Shown here piece after piece: positions 1-5,870 of a DNA stretch of 5,870 bases (position 1 is its first letter; every line of letters starts with the position of its first letter). The notes under the pieces were generated by a model. That model was not told the origin of the DNA. It searched no databases and saw nothing but the letters and a program-made list of their open reading frames with translations. Origin of the DNA: Paraspadella gotoi (lineage: Eukaryota > Animalia > Chaetognatha); NCBI GenBank assembly GCA_051294375.1, contig JBJCIZ010000995.1:34374-40243 (forward strand). Reading direction: 5' to 3'. The position numbers and the translations under genes were made by a program.

Positions 1-71
1 ACGTATTTCATAGGTGAGAAAAAAAAATTGTCTCACAACTTTAACTCCCCCATTCCCACTCAATTGTACTG

Positions 72-787
72 TGTAGCGCCGTATGTATGTGTTGTGGATC
101 TATGTAATAGTATAGCATCTTCAGTTTTGAATTGTAATCCCCACTAACCCGCTCCCCGCCCCCGACTAAGAGTGCAGCGACTTGACACAGCGCCAACCAA
201 CTGCGTGGTCGACATTCAAAATTTATCCAAAGACGATTCCCCTCTCCAAACTACTACGGACTCCTGAAACTTCCTTCGGTCCCATAAACTCTTTTGAGAA
301 CTGCTTTCTCCACTACTAAACTTCACTGAACCAGCGACCCCCCCCTCCGAACTCTTCCGGTCTCCCGAATCTCGAATGAGACATCAGCGCCCCCAGAATC
401 TCTCTCTCTACGCAATTCCACCGAGCAGCAGATGACGACGCCCACCTACGCATTGTGGGCCCATGTGGACGTCTCGGTTAAGAAGAGGGCGCAAGATAGA
501 GGGCGTTTTACCGCCACAGCTCTTCCCATCCCCGTCGTCCCTCCTCATCATCCCTCCTCCTCATCCCTCCGGCAAACTCGGCCGGGACCAAGGATTCACT
601 CTCAGCTCAAGTCACAAGTCGGCACCAGAAACCTCCCTCCTCTCCCTCTTATTTTGTACATAACCGTTTTTACTATACTTTTAGACTTATTAGACTCCAT
701 ATCCTTACTTACCTCGTTTACCTGATGAGAGACTAGTTAGTACCTACCTTTAGCTAGATACCCATCTTCCCAGGCTTCAGTGCAACA
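72..787. mobile_element. Possible solo LTR (GC-rich, C-skewed island with TG...CA termini)
   Basis: Seen: starts TGTAGCGC (72-79) and ends GTGCAACA (780-787), a 6/8 inverted match with TG...CA ends. Composition turns sharply AT-rich after ~790. Against: flanks ACTG/ACCA are not a clean target-site duplication, and no PBS, PPT or gag/pol sequence is visible. The LTR call is inference. Confidence 0.35.
139..163 (-). other. Canonical G-quadruplex-forming motif (minus strand)
   Basis: Plus-strand C-tracts at 139-142, 148-150, 154-157 and 159-163 with loops of 5, 3 and 1 nt, which fits G3+N1-7 x4 on the minus strand. Motif only; folding is not shown. Confidence 0.6.
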
Positions 788-1038
788 ACCAATGAACTAA
801 TTCAAAAAGTTACATTTAAAATCGATTTAGTAGTAAAAGGAAAAAAAAATTTTAAAGAGAACTAAAAGTTATAAAAAATGTTCCATTTTGGCCCGCTTAC
901 TAGATATATTGCATGTGATTAAACATGTTATCGGAATAATATTTTTTATCAATTTTATTGTATTTTGTAAGTATTTTAAGTATTTTTATTTCAGTGAGTA
1001 AAATAAAAACTTTTTTATTTGCTAATTTTAATCTCGGA

Positions 1039-1071
1039 CTCTCTCTCTCTCTTCTCTCTCTCTCTCCCTCT
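1039..1071. repeat. Imperfect (CT)n microsatellite
   Basis: Interrupted CT run directly visible. Confidence 0.85.
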
Positions 1072-1107
1072 TTTGCAATTGCGACGATCCTTATGCTTCA
1101 TTTTTCT

Positions 1108-1108
<1 letters not shown>

Positions 1109-1180
<72 letters not shown>
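1109..1180. repeat. (CT)36 microsatellite
   Basis: Perfect CT dinucleotide run, 72 bp. Confidence 0.98.
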
Positions 1181-1182
<2 letters not shown>

Positions 1183-1187
1183 CGGCT

Positions 1188-1564
1188 CACAAAATTTCAT
1201 CTCAATCTATTATGGTTAAAATAAGTAAAAAGATTCAAGTACATGTGACTCATATTTTTTTAATTTAAACTCATTTCCACTCGTACGTTTTCCACCGAAA
1301 CTTTATATCAAGCATCGTTACTCATTTTTCTACCCACACAAAAAATTTGAATTCAATCTATCCATCCAATTATGATTAATTAGAGGACTTATTTGTTAAA
1401 ATAAGTAAAAATATTTTAGTAAATGCGACTATGTTTTTTCCACTTAAACTCATTTCTACTCACACGATTCCGTCGAAACTTTATATCCAGCTTTATCACA
1501 CACTTCCCTACCCACACACAAAATTTCATACCAATCCATCCATCCAATCACGAGTAATTGGAGT
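1188..1564. repeat. Diverged tandem repeat, 180-bp period (two units plus a short partial unit)
   Basis: GTTAAAATAAGTAAAAA occurs at 1215 and 1395, exactly 180 apart. Shared blocks include TTAAACTCATTTC, CGAAACTTTATATC, CTACCCACACA and ATCCATCCAAT. Identity is roughly 75-80% by eye. Fragment CACAAAATTTCATCTCAATCTAT at 1188-1210 matches the distal part of the unit. Confidence 0.9.
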
Positions 1565-1578
1565 TTTTTGCTAAGGTG

Positions 1579-1638
1579 AGACGGAACGGACGGACGGACG
1601 GAACGGCCAGACAGACAGACAGACGGAACGACGGACAG
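1579..1638 (-). repeat. Compound (GACG/GACA/GGAAC)n microsatellite, GTCY-type on the minus strand
   Basis: AGACGGAACGGACGGACGGACGGAACGGCCAGACAGACAGACAGACGGAACGACGGACAG. GTCY tracts are characteristic of DINE-1/HINE-like elements. Confidence 0.9.
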
Positions 1639-1962
1639 TTAGAGCTCCCAGAAATACCATGCATTTTTGAAAGTTCCCGATACCTGCAAATTGCGTGGAG
1701 AAAACGAATATCACAATAAAAAATTTCCCTGAATGCTCTTTATGGATTTTCCACGCCAGTTTTTGCGTCGAACCACTTCCGGTTTTAAAAAATCATTATT
1801 TTGGGAAAAAAATGAGCTGTTATTCAGCTGGCATACTCTAATTAATCAAAATAAAGTTACTACTAACCTTATTACTGTTTGTAAATCTTTCTTTTCGTTG
1901 GTAGAATGATTAGACAAAATAACAATTTTTAGTTTTTCACAACGAATTTTTTATTTAAATGG

Positions 1963-1999
1963 TAGCAGACATGTTTCGAACGTGTATTTCGTTCATCAT
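1963..1999 (-). ncRNA. Mirror copy of the truncated hammerhead remnant
   Basis: Exact reverse complement of 2004-2040 within the palindrome. Confidence 0.6.
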
Positions 2000-2003
2000 G
2001 ATC

Positions 2004-2040
2004 ATGATGAACGAAATACACGTTCGAAACATGTCTGCTA
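2004..2040 (+). ncRNA. 5'-truncated minimal (type I, PLE-style) hammerhead ribozyme remnant
   Basis: ATGAT + stem II GAACG(2009-13)/loop AAATACA/CGTTC(2021-25) + GAAA(2026-29) + palindromic CATG + TC (predicted cleavage after 2035). The CTG of the CUGANGA core and the 5' strand of stem I are replaced by the palindrome centre. Confidence 0.6.
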
Positions 2041-2515
2041 CCATTTAAATAAAAAATTCGTTGTGAAAAACTAAAAATTGTTATTTTGTCTAACCTTATT
2101 ACTAAATTTTTTATTGTGGTTTATAAATAAGGTTAAAAAATTATGATTACGAAAGACTTCAAATTAAAAATTATTAGATTTTTTAAAGTCAAATCGTCCC
2201 TGACCAAATTACTCTACAAATTCTAATAAGATTTTATAAGAAAGTAAAATTTGGTTATACAAATAGAACTCTTTAAGGGATTTTAAATATTTAATCCTTA
2301 AGCCAAGATATTGGCCTTTAAAGGTTTGCTAAATGATGCCAAAAAAAGTAGCGAATTAGATAGAAGGCGCTATGGCCTTTGTGGCTAGCAAACCAGTTCA
2401 TAATAAGTCTTCTCAGCTCATGACTTCTCCAGCAAGCTACTTTGATAACCTTAATCTTATACGAGCCTTCTATTTCACACCAAATTAGAACCTGAACTCT
2501 AGAATTACCTGTGGG

Positions 2516-3499
2516 CAGGGCGTTGAAAAATAACGAAATATAACAAATCAAGTGAGGTACATAGCTTATTTGGTGTAATAAAGTCTGTAGAATTCGATGA
2601 TGATAACCATTTTTTTGTATAGTCTCATCTTCTTTGTCGGAAATGGCGATTTTTGCAGCATATAAGGTGCTATTAAAATGGAGCAAACATTGTAGAGTAT
2701 AAATAACTCAAATTATTAAGATTTTATAAAAGCCATATTTAACTTACATAATATAAAAATAAAGACCCATATAAATATTTTGGTAAGTTTATTTACAAAT
2801 TTTACATTTTATTAATAGTTTGTTAGCTATATTTATTAATAAATAATAATAAAAAATAAGCTAAAGTGAAAAAATTAAAAAATTAAAATTTTAAAACCGG
2901 ATTTGAATTCCTTACAAAAAGTTGATATAAGAAAGTATAATCCATTTTAAAAAATTCTTTCATTAAGTAGGTTAAAAATATTAAAACTATTATTTTTGTT
3001 TAATTTTTCAATTTTTGGCTTAAAATTATAATTTTTTCTGAATTTTGACCAACTTAATGATATAATTTTGATATAAAAATTATATTTTTTTATATCAACT
3101 TTTGCAAAGAATGCAAATCCATGAAAAAAAATTGAAATTATTATTTTTTAACTTTAACCTAATTTTTACTCATAATTATTAATAAATATAGTTAACTAAC
3201 TTTTTATAAACATAAATTTAGAAATAAACTTATCAAAATATTTTTATAAGTCTTTATTTTTATATTACAAAAAGCTCATATAAATTTTATAAAATTTTAA
3301 TAATTTGATTTATCATAACTTATAATGGTTTTGCTATTTTATAACAATTTTATATACATTAAAAACCGTCATTTCCGACAAGAAAGATAAAATTATACAA
3401 AAAAATGGTCATCACCATCGAATTCTACAGACTACATTACACTAAAATAGCTATGTACCTCATTTGATTTGTTATATTTTGTTATTTTTCAACGCTCTA
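2516..3499. mobile_element. Foldback / long-TIR non-autonomous DNA transposon (diverged ~480-bp inverted arms, almost no spacer)
   Basis: Left end CAGGGCGTTGAAAAATAACGAAATATAACAAATC aligns with the reverse complement of the right end, TAGAGCGTTGAAAAATAACAAAATATAACAAATC. The outer ~139 bp align without gaps with 18 mismatches by hand count. Colinear matches (TAATATAAAAATAAAGAC, CTATATTTATTAATAA, AAAAGTTGATATAA, TCATTAAGT) continue to near the centre at ~3000-3020. No TSD and no transposase found. Confidence 0.8.
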
Positions 3500-3515
3500 A
3501 TATATAATTTCTTTG

Positions 3516-3540
3516 AAAAAAAAGAGAGAGAGAGAGAGAG
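3516..3540. repeat. A-run plus (AG)9 microsatellite
   Basis: Directly visible. Possibly the 3' tail of the adjacent minus-strand tRNA-derived element. Confidence 0.9.
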
Positions 3541-3644
3541 AAAAGGAAGCAGGACAGACGCTGCAGAGCCGGAATTCGTTTTTAGACAAATCATTGACGG
3601 AGAAAAAGAGAGAAAGAGCGACATGTAGCAATTAAATCATGTAC

Positions 3645-3725
3645 AAAATAGTTATCCGCTCTGGGATTCGAACCCGGGCCTGAGGTTCTGGGATGCCTCG
3701 TTCACCAAACTTAGCCATCCAGGTA
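3645..3725 (-). mobile_element. tRNA-derived Pol III head (SINE head or tRNA pseudogene)
   Basis: Minus strand has box A-like TGGCTAAGTTTGG (3705-3717) and box B GGTTCGAATCC (3664-3674) at tRNA-like spacing. It also has a partial anticodon stem GAGG/CCTC, a near-intact T arm and TTTT at 3645-3648. The acceptor stem does not pair, so this is not called a functional tRNA. Confidence 0.75.
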
Positions 3726-4132
3726 GCCACAAAATTGAGGCTTCAAATCCCTTTGTTAAACCTTTAAATCAACTGAGACTTTTGTTTTTGAATCCAATTA
3801 AAATCATCCTCCACCAGATGGATCTTTGGTTTCTGATTTTGTTTTTGACTGTTTACTTTTAAATTTGTTTTCTAAATATGTTCAGACTGATTTTTACTCT
3901 CAACTTGAATACATTGTTTTTATGCTCCTCTGGCCTGAAGTGGAAATTCAAACAAAAAATACTTAAATCCAAATGTAATATGAAAATATCACAGCTATTT
4001 CAAGATGAAAAGCCATATCTAAATTTTTAACTTACTATGATCGCACACTTTTGTAAAACTTTATCATAATTCATAATAATTTTTATTTAAAAAAAAACGA
4101 TAAGTCCCAGCCAAACCTATAAAAGCGTAGTA

Positions 4133-4238
4133 GTTTTTATATAAAAACAGCGTGACGCCGACGACGACGACGTCACAAAGAAGCTGACCCGAATCAATAT
4201 CGAGCCTCAACCGGCTTCGCCGGTAGGCTCGATAAAAA
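4133..4238 (-). mobile_element. 5' terminus of a Helentron-associated non-autonomous element (HINE/DINE-1-like); other end not found
   Basis: On the minus strand a T-run leads into TATCGAGCCT, an inner hairpin ACCGGC-N3-GCCGGT (4210-4224) and the inverted copy (10-bp IR at 4198-4207/4225-4234). A (GTC)n microsatellite follows ~25 nt later (4154-4172). T-run, subTIR, IR and then a microsatellite is the established HINE 5' module. Confidence 0.65.
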
Positions 4239-4339
4239 TAGAGGATATTTGTTTGTTTTGATAAAATATAAACAAAACATTTAATAACTGTCCTGACTCA
4301 ATTTTAAGGACATCGATGATGACAAGCTGAATATAAATT

Positions 4340-4420
4340 ATAATTAATTATTAAAATAAATCAATTAATTATTTAATCTATTAATTAATTAATTAATTAA
4401 TCTATTAATTAATTAATTAT
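4340..4420. repeat. (TAAT)n low-complexity tract with a 24-bp tandem duplication
   Basis: TTAATCTATTAATTAATTAATTA occurs at 4373 and 4397. Confidence 0.85.
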
Positions 4421-4806
4421 CGTAGGCAGATACGACATTGTTTGCTCAAACTTGTTTTTATTAAAAGTAGCAAAAATTATATCAATTCTTGATTAGAAAA
4501 TGCAGCAGATGATTTTAATTAATCCGTAGTCCAGCCCACTTTGTTTTAGGGTTTAAATTTAATCGATTCTGTTGATAATATTCTAGCAATATTGCAAAAA
4601 GTGGTTTTTTTGCTGTATTCCTCGATAGAAATCACTGCCTATTACAAATCTTATTTTGTCTCTAAAGATATTTATCAAAAAGTCCATATTTTACCATTTT
4701 TTCCAAAGTTGGCAGCATTTACTGTAATTTTTTAGGGGAAAATAAATGTTCAAAAAATTCATACACAATAGTTTCTTGATTTAAAAATTTCTCATATATG
4801 GCAAGG

Positions 4807-5301
4807 TGTATTCACAAAAAAAGACGCCGCCTCTATAGATAAGAACCTAGGCAATTCATCCTTCGGCTCACCACCCTCGACCCTCACTCCCACAACCCCC
4901 ACACCACCCTTCTACAGACACAAGCTACTCGGATGGGCGAGGGAAATGTTCCCTAGCGAGGGACTAAATTCTCTCTTCAAATGGGGATTTTCGGTGGAGA
5001 AGACCGTGGAGTCAGAAGACTTTGTTTGGGTCGTCGTCGATGTGAAGGAAGAAAAGTAGCCAATAGTGAGGAATGAAGGAGTGAGGAGTCTGGGGAAAAA
5101 TGAGGAAGGAGTGCCTCATATGCCTCTAATACTTCAGCGGCCTTTTTTGGATGTTGAGGAGCGTGACATGAGTTCTCTTAGCGATCGATCTGTTGGTTCT
5201 TCTGTTGGTCAATGGTAAAAAAATATTGGACATTGGTCTAAGATTGACGTCGGTTTTTTGATTTGTGAAGGAGACGAGCAATCATATTACTTGACGATAC
5301 A
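4807..5301. other. GC-rich island bounded by TGTAT...ATACA; possible solo LTR or other TE fragment
   Basis: A composition shift against AT-rich flanks coincides with 5-bp inverted TG...CA termini (4807-4811, 5297-5301). Flanks AAGG/TTGG are not a TSD. Confidence 0.25.
4874..4909 (-). other. Canonical five-tract G-quadruplex motif (minus strand)
   Basis: C-tracts at 4874-76, 4881-83, 4889-91, 4896-4900 and 4907-09, with loops of 4, 5, 4 and 6 nt. Confidence 0.6.
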
Positions 5302-5870
5302 TTGGTAAAAAATATTTCAAATATTTTCCTTTTACCTTGTATTGAAAACAAATTTGTATCCCTAATTCTCCACAGAATGTAACTGTTGAATTTATTCGAT
5401 TTTGGACGTTTTTAAATGCTATTGTAATTGAATGAAAAATTTTTCATAATCTTGAATCTGTAATCTATGGATGTCATCAAATAAAATTTTTTGAATAAAA
5501 ATTTTTTTTTAGCGCTGTAATTCATGAATGTTAATATATGAAATTTGCAAAATTATGTTTTATTCGTTTACAACAATTAGTTGAAACAGAATATACAAAA
5601 TAAAACCGAAAAATAAAACGAGAGAGGACGCTGATTCAATCTAATCAGTTAAAAAATACATGGATTCATCAATAAATAAACATGTTTAAGCAAACAATGT
5701 CGGATCTGCCCACGATCATTATCGATAATTACTTAATTAATAATTAGATAACTCAAGTTGATACTACTATAGTTAGCACATATATCAATCATTTTTATTC
5801 ATATATATTTATACCAGAAATCATTGGAGATAACAAAGCTATATCATCAGCGTAAAACATGCTAGTGAAG

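Larger units (their letters stand above)
900..1841 (-). mobile_element. Non-autonomous rolling-circle element (Helitron / DINE-1-like) with internal tandem repeats and GTCY microsatellite
   Basis: Minus-strand 3' end has hairpin CATGT-N6-ACATG (912-927) lying 12 nt from a terminal CTAG (900-903), followed by T, as in a Helitron 3' end. Interior has (CT)n, two 180-bp tandem units and a GTCY-rich microsatellite (1579-1638), the modular layout known for DINE-1/HINE-type elements. The right boundary is inferred from a second hairpin+CTAA at 1815-1841. Confidence 0.6.
1910..2093. repeat. Perfect 184-bp palindrome (92-bp arms, no spacer)
   Basis: Arms 1910-2001 and 2002-2093 are exact reverse complements, checked base by base. 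Centre is GA|TC at 2001/2002 and the first mismatch is 1909/2094. Confidence 0.98.
1863..2103. mobile_element. Truncated Penelope-like element remnant: inverted pseudo-LTR pair with 33-nt tail and 14-bp target-site duplication
   Basis: Direct repeat CTAACCTTATTACT at 1863-1876 and 2090-2103. Between them lie a 33-nt unique segment (1877-1909) and a perfect palindrome whose arms contain a hammerhead remnant followed by AATAAA. Inverted pLTRs, a short asymmetric tail and minimal hammerheads are established PLE features; the family assignment here is inferred. Confidence 0.7.

Noticed and set aside
432-725. ORFs 432-725 and 463-663 (+)
   Set aside because: Short, low-complexity Pro/Ser/Leu-rich translations of C-rich DNA with no recognisable domain.
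722-760. CTGATGAG hammerhead core-like motif
   Set aside because: No stem II followed by GAAA downstream, so it does not fit a hammerhead.
958-1224. ORFs 958-1224, 1015-1200 and 1019-1219
   Set aside because: Artefacts of the (CT)n microsatellite, giving poly-SL or poly-ER.
1215-1564. CRISPR-like array
   Set aside because: The whole 180-bp unit is repeated, with no unique spacers and no cas genes.
2462-2468. CGAGCCT as the missing 3' subTIR of the 4133-4238 element
   Set aside because: Only a 7-bp match, with no adjacent stem-loop or T-run.
2318-2686. 122-aa minus-strand ORF as a gene
   Set aside because: Its N-terminal half lies inside the foldback arm, so it crosses an element boundary and is likely a chance fusion.
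3654-3724. Functional tRNA gene
   Set aside because: Acceptor stem cannot pair, the anticodon arm is irregular and the T stem has a mismatch.
4198-4238. Rho-independent terminator
   Set aside because: The context appears eukaryotic with no upstream gene, and the HINE 5' module explains the hairpin better.
5213-5316. Direct repeat TGGTAAAAAA(A)TATT (5213-5227, 5303-5316) as a TSD, and the TGG after 5301 as a PBS
   Set aside because: Low complexity and imperfect, and the sequence after TGG is not complementary to any tRNA 3' end I recognise.
5680-5729. Short hairpin/palindrome (ACATGTTT…AAACAATGT; ATTATCGATAAT)
   Set aside because: Expected by chance in very AT-rich DNA, with no associated element structure.

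Overview
This AT-rich window looks eukaryotic (invertebrate-like, by inference) and has no supportable protein-coding gene. It is a dense mosaic of non-autonomous transposon relics. The clearest structure is a perfect, spacer-free 184-bp palindrome (1910-2093) with a 33-nt one-sided extension, bracketed by a 14-bp direct repeat. Each arm carries the 3' two-thirds of a minimal hammerhead ribozyme, which fits an inverted Penelope-like (PLE) pseudo-LTR insertion. Other elements: a ~940-bp Helitron/DINE-1-like element with (CT)n, 180-bp tandem repeats, a GTCY microsatellite and a hairpin+CTRR terminus at both ends; a ~1-kb diverged foldback element (2516-3499); a tRNA-derived Pol III head (box A/B); a Helentron/HINE-type 5' terminus; and two GC-rich TGT...ACA-bounded islands (possible solo LTRs), each with a canonical G-quadruplex motif. 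All alignments and counts were done by eye and no database searches were run.
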